DNA of 64,000 nt from Geopsychrobacteraceae bacterium (GTDB lineage: Bacteria > Desulfobacterota > Desulfuromonadia > Desulfuromonadales > Geopsychrobacteraceae): the NCBI GenBank assembly GCA_963662315.1, contig OY759353.1, positions 1,536,001-1,600,000 of the forward strand, written 5' to 3'. Shown here piece by piece: positions 10,295 to 19,061 of the stretch. The position numbers and the translations under genes are program-made. How positions within the stretch are numbered: the stretch's first letter is position 1; every line of letters begins with the position of its first letter. A model generated the notes under the pieces. It did not search any database. It was not told where the DNA came from and saw only the letters and a program-made list of their open reading frames with translations.

Positions 10295-11896
10295 ATGGCT
10301 ACAGCAATGTCTTTGTTTCCCATCATCCTGCTTATCTGGTTGATGACCAAAAAGAACAACATGCCATCGTTCAGAGCCCTGCCACTGGTTGCTCTGATCC
10401 TCTACATTATCAAGCTTGCGTACTTCAATATGGACGCAAACCTGATAAATGCGACTGTTGTTCAAGGGCTGCTCGTTGCCTGGGTCCCGATCACCATTGT
10501 CTTTGGTGCCATTTTCCTGTTCAAGACGATGGAATATACCGGTGCCATGGACATTATCAGAAACTGGCTGAATGGCATCACCAGTAATAAGGTGGCGCAG
10601 GCTATGATTATCGGTTGGGCCTTTGCCTTCCTGATTGAGGGTGCCTCAGGTTTTGGTACTCCGGCCGCCATTGCTGCTCCGATTCTGGTCGGTCTCGGTT
10701 TTCAACCAGTTCGGGTAGCCATTCTCTGCCTGATCATGAACTCTGTTCCGGTCCACTTTGGTGCCGTCGGTACACCCGGCTGGTTTGGTCTTGGCAAAGG
10801 GGCTAACCTTACTGCAGCTGAACTGTTAGTAGTCGGTCAGAAAGCTGCCCTGATTCACTCAGTCGCGGCCCTGGTTATTCCGGTAATTGCACTGACCTTC
10901 GCTCTGAACTGGAAAACTGTTAGGCGGAACATCGTCTATGTTTATCTGAGTATTTTCGCAACCATCATTCCTTACTTTATCTCAGCACAGTTCAACGATG
11001 AGTTTCCGTCCGTTGTTGCCGGTGCCATCGGTACCGTACTGTCCATTTTCTTTGCCCTGAAAGGTTGGGGGCTTGCCAAAGAAGACAGCGCGGAGACCTC
11101 GTCAAACAATACCCAGACGGGTACCATTATCAAAGCCACTTTCCCGCTTTGGGGAACTGTCGGCCTGCTGCTGATTACCCGTATCAAGCCTCTGGGACTT
11201 AATGCGCTCCTGAAAAGTACGGTTCCAATGTTTGATACTGTCAATCTTGGTTCCCTTGGTAATTTTGGGATAAGCAAAGCCCTGGTCCTGAGCCTCAACA
11301 ATATCTTTGGCACAAACGTCGGGTTTACCTATCAGGCCCTATATATCCCTTGCCTGATTCCTTTTGTACTGATCTCAGTGATCTCCTTTGTCCTGTTCAA
11401 AGCGAATGCAAATATCGCCTCCAGGGTTGTTACCGAGTCGGTAAAACAGATGAAAAACCCTGCCATGGCTCTGCTTGGTGCGCTGGTTTTTGTTCAATTG
11501 TTGAAATTGGGCTCAGCTGAAGTGCAAGCCAATACCATTATTATCGGATCTGCATTTGCCAATGTTTTTGGAGGTGCCTGGTCTTTCCTGGCAGCTTATC
11601 TCGGCTCCCTAGGTGCATTCTTCTCTGGATCCAATACTGTCTCGAACCTGACGTTTGCAGGCATTCAAGCTTCCATCGCCAACCAGCTTGGTCTCGACAA
11701 ACTGACCGTTCTGGCGATGCAGTCAGTTGGTGGTGGCATGGGGAACATGACCTGTATCCACAACATTGTTGCGGTCTGTTCGGTTCTTGGCCTTGCCAGC
11801 TCTGAAGGCTTTATTCTTAAAAGAACAGCTATACCGATGTTTATTTATGGTCTGATAGCCGGTGCGGTCGGGTTCATTATGCTGTCAATGGCATAA
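10295..11896 (+). CDS. lctP: L-lactate permease (LctP family)
   Basis: FLIEGASGFGTPAAIAAPIL, NSVPVHFGAVGTP, GAFFSGSNTVSNL motifs; AAGGAG RBS; divergent from lut genes. Confidence 0.93.
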   Translation: MATAMSLFPIILLIWLMTKKNNMPSFRALPLVALILYIIKLAYFNMDANLINATVVQGLLVAWVPITIVFGAIFLFKTMEYTGAMDIIRNWLNGITSNKVAQAMIIGWAFAFLIEGASGFGTPAAIAAPILVGLGFQPVRVAILCLIMNSVPVHFGAVGTPGWFGLGKGANLTAAELLVVGQKAALIHSVAALVIPVIALTFALNWKTVRRNIVYVYLSIFATIIPYFISAQFNDEFPSVVAGAIGTVLSIFFALKGWGLAKEDSAETSSNNTQTGTIIKATFPLWGTVGLLLITRIKPLGLNALLKSTVPMFDTVNLGSLGNFGISKALVLSLNNIFGTNVGFTYQALYIPCLIPFVLISVISFVLFKANANIASRVVTESVKQMKNPAMALLGALVFVQLLKLGSAEVQANTIIIGSAFANVFGGAWSFLAAYLGSLGAFFSGSNTVSNLTFAGIQASIANQLGLDKLTVLAMQSVGGGMGNMTCIHNIVAVCSVLGLASSEGFILKRTAIPMFIYGLIAGAVGFIMLSMA

Positions 11897-11914
11897 TCCC
11901 CTCCATGCTTTAAC

Positions 11915-11954
11915 AAAAAAGCCATCTTCCTGTTTTGGGAAGATGGCTTTTTTT
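11915..11954. terminator. Bidirectional intrinsic terminator between lctP and hisI
   Basis: AAAAAAGCCATCTTCC...GGAAGATGGCTTTTTTT hairpin. Confidence 0.9.
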
Positions 11955-11980
11955 GTTGCGCGATTCAAATAAAGAACCGT

Positions 11981-12376
11981 TCACACATGCGTCAACCTTT
12001 TATTGGTCAAATCCAGACACCGATAAAAGCAGCTCTCCCGCGTAAGTCCAGTCTGAGGATTTCTGGTATGACATGCGCCCCCCCCTTGGGGCTCAACTTT
12101 ATAAATCAGGGCATCCTGATCACAATCAATCAGAATCTCAATAATCTTCAAATAGTCGCCAGACGTCTCGCCTTTAGTCCACAATTCATTGCGCGACGTT
12201 GACCAGAAGGTTGCCATCCCTTTTTCAAGAGTCACCTGCAATGCCAGTTCGTTGACATAGGCCAGCATCAGAATACGACCATCGTTGATGTCCTGAACCA
12301 CCGCAGGAACGAGACCTCCACGTTTTTCATAGTTAATGCAGAGAGCACTCCCCTCTTCAAGGTCCTGTTTATCCAT
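11981..12376 (-). CDS. hisI: Phosphoribosyl-AMP cyclohydrolase
   Basis: GLVPAVVQD, LMLAY, WSTSRNELWTKGETSG, DCDQD, ACHT..SCFY; start at ATG 12376 behind GGAGG. Confidence 0.93.
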   Translation of the reverse strand: MDKQDLEEGSALCINYEKRGGLVPAVVQDINDGRILMLAYVNELALQVTLEKGMATFWSTSRNELWTKGETSGDYLKIIEILIDCDQDALIYKVEPQGGGACHTRNPQTGLTRESCFYRCLDLTNKRLTHV

Positions 12377-12561
12377 ATCAACCTCCATAACTCCAGGATC
12401 ATTTTATTTTTATTAGTTCCATATGCGCATTCTGACAGTTGCAAGTCAAAACAGCAACGATAGTTTAAACACGAATAAGGAAATACCATAAACGGTTTTC
12501 GTATGGCCAGAATGAGGGCAAGGAAATCAGGGATAAGTCAGTTATACCCATGATAATACGC

Positions 12562-12597
12562 AAAAAGAGGTACCCCTTTGATAAGCGGTACCTCTTT
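12562..12597 (-). terminator. Intrinsic terminator after the Gly-rich gene
   Basis: AAAGAGGTACC...GGTACCTCTTT inverted repeat with a T tract on the minus strand. Confidence 0.75.
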
Positions 12598-12623
12598 GTT
12601 TTCTGATCACCAGAAGCTTCTTA

Positions 12624-13058
12624 CTAACTAAGTTCGACCAGGCAGTCACCGGTGCCCGGACCAAAGCCGGTGCCGTCAGCAGGGCCGTCACCTATACCGG
12701 TACCATCTCCGGGCCCATTACCACCATTTTCCCCAGAGCCATTACTGCCATCAGAGCCACTGCCGTCGCAATCGTCACTACCAGCACTCTCCCCTCCACT
12801 ACCGTTACCATTGCCACCGCCACCGCCACCGCGCACCAGCAGTATGGTGCCTTGGGGGAAATCCAGCACAGAGGTCAAAGAACAGTCCCCGGGGCCATAA
12901 CCTCCTGTACCGTCACCAGTACCTGTTCCATCGCCATGGCCATGGCCATGGCCATGACCATTCCCAGCCCAAACCGGCAAAGCAGTCAATAATACGATAC
13001 TGATAATGGTAAGAATTTTTACAAGTTTTTCACTGCGTAGTGCGTATTTCATTGTCAT
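12624..13058 (-). CDS. Secreted glycine-rich low-complexity hypothetical protein
   Basis: Signal peptide (..LPVWA|G), (GH)4, repeated GDGTG and GPG..GDC motifs; followed by a terminator; exact start among 13052/13058/13067 uncertain. Confidence 0.75.
   Translation of the reverse strand: MTMKYALRSEKLVKILTIISIVLLTALPVWAGNGHGHGHGHGDGTGTGDGTGGYGPGDCSLTSVLDFPQGTILLVRGGGGGGNGNGSGGESAGSDDCDGSGSDGSNGSGENGGNGPGDGTGIGDGPADGTGFGPGTGDCLVELS
12934..12957. repeat. Hexamer tandem repeat (CCATGG)3CCATGA encoding the His-Gly repeat
   Basis: Read directly in the sequence. Confidence 0.85.
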
Positions 13059-13212
13059 ATCCTTCACTCCCTCTCGCTAAGCCGGCAACGGTCAACTTAA
13101 ACCATTTCAAGTTCACAGCCACCGCGCTGTCGTCATTTGTCTCTAAAAACGACTCAGGCATGAAAAGGTTGACAATAAAATAATATTTTTTTAGTCGGGC
13201 CCGACGTATTTG

Positions 13213-15189
13213 TCAGTCAAAGGCAATAAGCCCACTCATTCCGTCATCCGCTGCCCTGATATAGTTGGGGAAATCGGCTTCGTCCATGCGAGACATTTCG
13301 CCTAAAGTCACCGTTTTCAAGGTATCTATTTCCATATCACAGGTATTGTAGGTGGTATTGTAAAAGGAAATGCGCTTTTCCTCCTTTAACCCCATGGCAA
13401 GAAGCTGTCTTGCTCCCTGCTTAATCAGTTTGAACTTTGCATACAGATCGTCAAGCGACTGAACAGTCCAGACCCCCAGATAAATCGGACTATGCACATT
13501 GCGCAAATCGCCAACCAGTTCACCCCGTAACAGTACATCGCGCTCTTTGTGCAGATAGGGAACAAAATCAGCGTGCTCCGCCAGTTTTCTGTCGGTGGCA
13601 AAAAAGCGGCCCGTCTCCGGGTCAAGGGTGAAAATCATGGTCCTGTCAGTTGCCTGACCATAGCTCTGGAATAGGACATCTCGAAACTTGTGAAAAGGCA
13701 CATTACGCAGAATACAGGTTTCAAATTTATTGATCCGGCGTGTGATGCCAAGCAACCAGGAGCGAATCGAGTGATTATCGATGCGACAGCGCCCCAACTC
13801 TTCTTTAAGAAAATCGAAGGACTCACCACCAAAACGATAACGCATCACACTATGAAAGATATTTCGGATATTGTTGTAACGGCTAAAATGGTACATCAGG
13901 TCGTAACTGAATATTTCCATCTGCCGTAACTGCCAGATAAATATGGTAATGTCTTTACTACTGGTCTCGGGAGTCAGTCGCGATTTTTGTGTTGCTTTGA
14001 TCATTCTGACGTAATTAGTACTCAGCTCATCCAAAAGTGCGGTATTGCGCGTGGTGCTCTTTTTCAGGGTTATTTCCCAGGAAGTTCCTTCCCCTTCAAC
14101 ACTACTGACCCTTACATGGTCACGGCCAAAAGCATCAAAAACCTGCTGACTCCCCTCACCTTCCCCCGCGTTGTCACCCGTTTTTGTTGAAGTGCCGACA
14201 AAAAGCGGAAGACCGCTCGCACCAATCTGCAGCCGCTTTGCCGGGATTCCGATACCGTTGTCTGTAATCGTCAGGATCACATTGTCATCCCGCTGTTTTA
14301 GATTGAAATCAATGCGTCCCGGTCGCTTGGCCACCTTGATGGCATCAAGAGCGTTGGCCACGATATTGATAAGAGCCCGACTGCAGCGAAGATAGCTGCA
14401 GCTTACCGAGTCAATGCGTGAAGCAAGCATCAGTCGCACCTCACAATTGCTGTCTACCGCTTCAATAAAGGGGATCACCCGTTCGAGGATGAGTTCCTTG
14501 AACGAGACCTTATGAGACAGGTGAATCTTATCTTCATACATATTGAGTGTATTCAGCATCGAGGTGGTTTCGCGATTGATATCCTCAGCAACCTGATTGA
14601 AGTTGTCAACGGACAGCATTGATGTCATATCTAACAGGACTCTCAGGGATTTCTTTACGTCATGCCGGACTCGGGACAATTCCTCAACCACGGTCACCTC
14701 CGGCCGAACAGCTGAATCAAGTTTTTGACACAGCTCCTTCGCCTTCACCGACATTTTGTGAAAACGCATGCGTCTGAAAACAATCAGATCGTCTATAATG
14801 AACCCTCGCGCCTTGAAAAAATCAATAGAGCTGAGCAACTTCTCCCAGACATAAAGATAGATATTGGCCTCGGCCACAACCGTATGACAGAGGCAGCCCA
14901 GAAACGCTGATCCGATCCCTTTGTGACGGCCAAAAGGATTGGTTACCAGATTATAGATATGGAATGTTTGCCGGTCTGGTGTCGCATAGACAAGCAGATA
15001 GCCGAGAAGCTCCCCCTGTTCATCCCAGACAAAGCTGTGTTCGTAATCGATATCAAGGGCCGTGTCTTGAACATATGGAGATGGAATAACCAAGTTGTCA
15101 ATGTTCAACAGAGGGGATTGACGAATGGACCGTTCGTAGCTGACTGTCAACTTCTTAATATGGGGATACTTTTGCGGACTCCATGGCAT
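13213..15189 (-). CDS. Cytoplasmic GNAT-domain / histidine kinase (HATPase_c) fusion with unknown C-terminal domain
   Basis: GNAT motif A (VTNPFGRHKGIGSAFL, FFKARGF), H-box-like RHDVKKSL, N-box LINIVANALDA, G1 DNGIGIP, G2-like TSTK..GEGEG. Confidence 0.75.
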   Translation of the reverse strand: MPWSPQKYPHIKKLTVSYERSIRQSPLLNIDNLVIPSPYVQDTALDIDYEHSFVWDEQGELLGYLLVYATPDRQTFHIYNLVTNPFGRHKGIGSAFLGCLCHTVVAEANIYLYVWEKLLSSIDFFKARGFIIDDLIVFRRMRFHKMSVKAKELCQKLDSAVRPEVTVVEELSRVRHDVKKSLRVLLDMTSMLSVDNFNQVAEDINRETTSMLNTLNMYEDKIHLSHKVSFKELILERVIPFIEAVDSNCEVRLMLASRIDSVSCSYLRCSRALINIVANALDAIKVAKRPGRIDFNLKQRDDNVILTITDNGIGIPAKRLQIGASGLPLFVGTSTKTGDNAGEGEGSQQVFDAFGRDHVRVSSVEGEGTSWEITLKKSTTRNTALLDELSTNYVRMIKATQKSRLTPETSSKDITIFIWQLRQMEIFSYDLMYHFSRYNNIRNIFHSVMRYRFGGESFDFLKEELGRCRIDNHSIRSWLLGITRRINKFETCILRNVPFHKFRDVLFQSYGQATDRTMIFTLDPETGRFFATDRKLAEHADFVPYLHKERDVLLRGELVGDLRNVHSPIYLGVWTVQSLDDLYAKFKLIKQGARQLLAMGLKEEKRISFYNTTYNTCDMEIDTLKTVTLGEMSRMDEADFPNYIRAADDGMSGLIAFD

Positions 15190-15240
15190 AAAAACTCCTC
15201 CGGCTCACCTGCGTAGAAAAAGAGAGATTTTTATTCTAAC

Positions 15241-15276
15241 AAAAAAGCGGAGAGTTTTGACACTCTCCGCTTTTTT
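15241..15276. terminator. Intrinsic terminator of hcp
   Basis: AAAAAAGCGGAGAGT...ACTCTCCGCTTTTTT hairpin. Confidence 0.88.
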
Positions 15277-15301
15277 CCACCACAGTTATGTATCAGCAGG
15301 C

Positions 15302-16933
15302 TCAGTTTCCTGCAACAATGGCTGCGACATCTCCGGCGACATCTCCAATCGGTTTAATGTCGAAATTATCCACCAGTACCTTGGCTACGTTAGGAGACAG
15401 GAAAGCAGGCAATGTAGGCCCAAGGCGGATATGCTTGACCCCAAGGTGCAACAGTGCCAGCAGCACAACAACCGCTTTCTGCTCATACCAGGCGATATCA
15501 TACGATATCGGCAGATCATTGATATCTGCAGCACCGAACACTTCTTTAAGCTTCAGAGCGATATATGCCAGAGAATAACTGTCATTACACTGACCAGCAT
15601 CCAGAACCCGTGGGATACCACCAATATCCCCCAGTGCAAGTTTATTATAACGATACTTGGCACACCCTGCGGTCAGGATAACTGTATCCTGTGGCAATGC
15701 TTCGGCAACTTCCGTAAAATAATTACGCTCTTTATGGCGGCCATCACAACCTGCCATCACCACAAAACGTTTGATCGCTCCACTTTGAACGGCTTCTACA
15801 ACTTTATCCGCCACCGCCATGACCTGAGCATGAGCAAAACCACCGACAATCTCACCCGTCTCAATCTCAACCGGGGGAGCACAGGTTCTAGCCTGCGCGA
15901 TTATTTCCGAGAAATCTTTACTCCCCCCTTCGGTACGTTCACCAACATGCTTGACACCTGGCCAACCAGCCATTCCAGTCGTGTAGATACGATCCTTATA
16001 GGCCTCTTTGACCGGAGTAATACAGTTGGTTGTCATCAGGATCGGGCCATTAAATGAGGTAAACTCCTTATCCTGTTGCCACCAGGCATTACCATAGTTA
16101 CCGACGAAATGCCCGTATTTTTTAAAAGCAGGATAGTAGTGGGCAGGTAGCATTTCACTGTGGGTATAGACATCGACGCCAGTCCCTTCCGTCTGCTTGA
16201 GCAATTCCTCCATATCCTTGAGATCATGACCTGAAATCAGGATACCCGGATTATTCCGCACGCCGAGATTGACGGTAGTCACTTCTGGGTTACCATAGGT
16301 TGTCGTATTGGCTTCATCAAGCAGCGCCATCGTGGTTACAGCAACCTCACCACATTTAAGCACCTGACCGACCATCTCTTCCACACTTAAGTCTCTGGTT
16401 GTGGTAGCCAGCGCGCTAATCATGTAATCGTAAATCTCTTGCTTCTGGAAGCCGAGCATTGCCGCATGGTCTGCATAAGCAGCCATCCCTTTCAAACCAT
16501 AAATCAACAGCTCACGTAAAGAGCGCACATCTTCATTGGCTTGTGACAACACACCAACCTCAGCTGCCTTGGCAGCATAATCAGCTTCCTCACCGTTCCA
16601 GCACACACAATCCAGATCACTGCTATAGCCAGTAGCCAATTTCAAGGCATCCCTTTTCGCTATGGCCGCTTTTATTAGATCTATAAAACGAAGATTGTCA
16701 AAGTTTGCATTCGTAATCGTCGCAAACAGTGCCTGACAAATGAACAGACCTGTCTCAGCCGGCAGTGTACCCTGCTTTCGTGCCTCTTCGGCAACCACAG
16801 CCAAGCCTTTTAAATTATATACGAGAAGATCCTGTAAACCAGCGGTGTCAGCTTTTTTGCCACAAGCGCCAGCAACACTGCAACCTGTTCCCTTTGCGGC
16901 TTCCTGACACTGAAAACAAAACATACTCATCAT
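15302..16933 (-). CDS. hcp: Hybrid cluster protein (hydroxylamine reductase / NO reductase), class I
   Basis: [15 protein letters not shown] (C-x2-C-x8-C-x5-C), [37 protein letters not shown]. Confidence 0.97.
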   Translation of the reverse strand: MMSMFCFQCQEAAKGTGCSVAGACGKKADTAGLQDLLVYNLKGLAVVAEEARKQGTLPAETGLFICQALFATITNANFDNLRFIDLIKAAIAKRDALKLATGYSSDLDCVCWNGEEADYAAKAAEVGVLSQANEDVRSLRELLIYGLKGMAAYADHAAMLGFQKQEIYDYMISALATTTRDLSVEEMVGQVLKCGEVAVTTMALLDEANTTTYGNPEVTTVNLGVRNNPGILISGHDLKDMEELLKQTEGTGVDVYTHSEMLPAHYYPAFKKYGHFVGNYGNAWWQQDKEFTSFNGPILMTTNCITPVKEAYKDRIYTTGMAGWPGVKHVGERTEGGSKDFSEIIAQARTCAPPVEIETGEIVGGFAHAQVMAVADKVVEAVQSGAIKRFVVMAGCDGRHKERNYFTEVAEALPQDTVILTAGCAKYRYNKLALGDIGGIPRVLDAGQCNDSYSLAYIALKLKEVFGAADINDLPISYDIAWYEQKAVVVLLALLHLGVKHIRLGPTLPAFLSPNVAKVLVDNFDIKPIGDVAGDVAAIVAGN

Positions 16934-17009
16934 TAATCTCCCTTATGTTGGTGTTGAAATGACATAATTTCTTGTGCCCCAACTATCCCATAAGCTTCCT
17001 AAAAAAAAA

Positions 17010-17023
17010 TTGACCCAAATCAA
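17010..17023. promoter_or_regulatory. FNR/HcpR-type box, hcp side
   Basis: TTGACCCAAATCAA, one mismatch to TTGAT-N4-ATCAA. Confidence 0.75.
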
Positions 17024-17054
17024 TTTTGACAATTTTAGTTATTTTTTCATATTC

Positions 17055-17096
17055 TTGATCTGGATCAATTTAATTTTCACATCCCGACTCTATATT
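17055..17096 (+). promoter_or_regulatory. Perfect FNR/HcpR-type box plus -10 element (class II activated promoter)
   Basis: TTGATCTGGATCAA at 17055-17068; TATATT at 17091-17096 places the box centre at about -41.5. Confidence 0.8.
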
Positions 17097-17123
17097 CGCA
17101 ACAACGAGTAAGGAGATTTCATT

Positions 17124-18353
17124 ATGACGACAACCATTCATAAAGATATGACCATTAAAGAAGTTCTTGAACACTGGCCAGAGACACTGGATGTTTTTAT
17201 CGCCAACGGCTTTGAAAATTTTCGGGATGAGAAGCAGCGTAATGCCGTAGCAGGCTTTCTGAAAATAGAACGTGCCGCGCAAACAAAACATTACGATCTC
17301 GACAACTTCATCGGCCTGTTGCAGCAAAAAATTGATGAAGCATTGAATGTAGCCGATGTCACAATGAAAAAGACGGCTAAAGAAAATAGCGAAATCATCG
17401 TAACCGGACTGCTCCCCTGCCCGGTGCGACTTCCTCTGCTAGAAGGATTTGACGCCTATATTGAAGAATATACCAGAACCACCGGTCACCAGGTCAGCTA
17501 CAAGCTGGAAGCGGCCTCCGTTGGTGCCGACTGGATAGAGGATAATATCAAGGGAATCAGCGATCCCCAACGGTTGCCAGACCTGTTCATTTCTGCTGGG
17601 TTTGAAACCTTTTTCGATCAGCAAACCATCGGTCGCTTTAAAGACCAGGACGTCTTTACGGATATCACATCAGCAACCGTCAACCATGATTTCGATGGCA
17701 TTCAGCTCAAGGATCCAAAAGGTGATTATTCAATTATTGCCGCTGTCCCAGCCGTTTTTATGGTTAATCATGACGTGCGCGGCAACCTGCCGATCCCCAA
17801 AACCTGGAGCGACATCTTGCAGCCGGAATTTGCCCAGCAGGTTGCCCTGCCGGTAGGGGACTTTGACCTGTTTAACGCGATTCTCCTGTCATTGTATAAA
17901 GAGCACGGAGAAGAGGGGATAAAAGCTTTGGGCCGTTGTATGCTTAAATCAATGCATCCTTCGCAAATGGTCAAGAACGCCAAACGTGTCGCCGAAGAAA
18001 AGCCTTACGTGACGATCATGCCCTACTTCTTCACCAAGATGGCAAAAATGGTTTCCAGCCTGGAGATTATCTGGCCCGAAGATGGTGCGATTATCAGCCC
18101 GATTTTTATGCTGACCAAGCAGTCCAGCCTAGCCAAGGTTCAACCGATTGCTGAGTTTCTATCCGGGCAGGCGGTCGGGGAAATTCTAGCTCATAGAGGC
18201 TTATTCCCATCCCTTAATCCAGAAGTCGACAACCAGTTGAATTTTCCTCACCCGTGGAGATGGATTGGCTGGGATTATATCTACCAGAATGATATCGGGG
18301 ACCTGATCCGCCGTACCAACGACATCTTTGAGACCTCAATGAACGCGGGATAA
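17124..18353 (+). CDS. DUF1858-like N-terminal domain fused to an ABC-type solute-binding fold; no signal peptide
   Basis: N-term IHKDMTIKEVLEHWPETLDVF..GF; SBP motifs PKTWSDIL.PEF and IIWPEDGAIISP; LPCPVR Cys; AAGGAG RBS. Confidence 0.8.
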   Translation: MTTTIHKDMTIKEVLEHWPETLDVFIANGFENFRDEKQRNAVAGFLKIERAAQTKHYDLDNFIGLLQQKIDEALNVADVTMKKTAKENSEIIVTGLLPCPVRLPLLEGFDAYIEEYTRTTGHQVSYKLEAASVGADWIEDNIKGISDPQRLPDLFISAGFETFFDQQTIGRFKDQDVFTDITSATVNHDFDGIQLKDPKGDYSIIAAVPAVFMVNHDVRGNLPIPKTWSDILQPEFAQQVALPVGDFDLFNAILLSLYKEHGEEGIKALGRCMLKSMHPSQMVKNAKRVAEEKPYVTIMPYFFTKMAKMVSSLEIIWPEDGAIISPIFMLTKQSSLAKVQPIAEFLSGQAVGEILAHRGLFPSLNPEVDNQLNFPHPWRWIGWDYIYQNDIGDLIRRTNDIFETSMNAG

Positions 18354-18363
18354 AGGAGAGAAT

Positions 18364-19047
18364 ATGCGTTTTCTGACTGTATCGGGACCTCCTTCATCAG
18401 GAAAGACCTCAGTGATTCTCAGGGTTATCGACGCCCTGCAGGCACGCCAACGTAAGATTGGTGTGGTTAAATTTGACTGTTTATTAACAGAAGACGATCA
18501 ACGCTATCTGCAAAAAGGGGTGCTGGTCAAAAAAGGACTATCAGGAGCTTTATGCCCGGATCACTACTTTGTCAGCAATATTGAGGCATGTGTCACATGG
18601 GGGCTGGAAAACAGTTGTGAGTACCTCATCAGCGAAAGTGCCGGCCTATGTAACCGCTGTTCTCCTCATATCAACGAAATCACCGCTGTCTGCGTTATTG
18701 ACAACCTGAGCGGAATCAATACGCCACGTAAAATCGGTCCGATGCTCAAATCCGCCGACATCGTTGTTATTACCAAGGGGGATATTGTCTCCCAGGCTGA
18801 GCGGGAAGTGTTTGCCTCCCGCGTCAAACAGGTCAATCCCGGAGCGATCATAATGCATGTCAACGGAATCACCGGTCAGGGGGCCTTTGAATTGACCAGT
18901 CTCTTTGAAGAGGCCTCTGATATCGAATCGTTAAAAGGAAAAACCTTACGCTTTTCCATGCCGTCAGCATTATGTTCCTATTGCCTGGGGGAAACCCGGA
19001 TTGGAGAGGAACACCAGACCGGCAATATCAGGAAAATGGATATCTGA
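18364..19047 (+). CDS. G3E/SIMIBI P-loop GTPase, HypB/UreG-like metallochaperone
   Basis: GPPSSGKT, VVKFDC, LCPDH, ESAGLCNRC, TKGD (G4), C-terminal CSYC. Confidence 0.85.
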   Translation: MRFLTVSGPPSSGKTSVILRVIDALQARQRKIGVVKFDCLLTEDDQRYLQKGVLVKKGLSGALCPDHYFVSNIEACVTWGLENSCEYLISESAGLCNRCSPHINEITAVCVIDNLSGINTPRKIGPMLKSADIVVITKGDIVSQAEREVFASRVKQVNPGAIIMHVNGITGQGAFELTSLFEEASDIESLKGKTLRFSMPSALCSYCLGETRIGEEHQTGNIRKMDI

Positions 19048-19061
19048 ACAGGATCATCATT

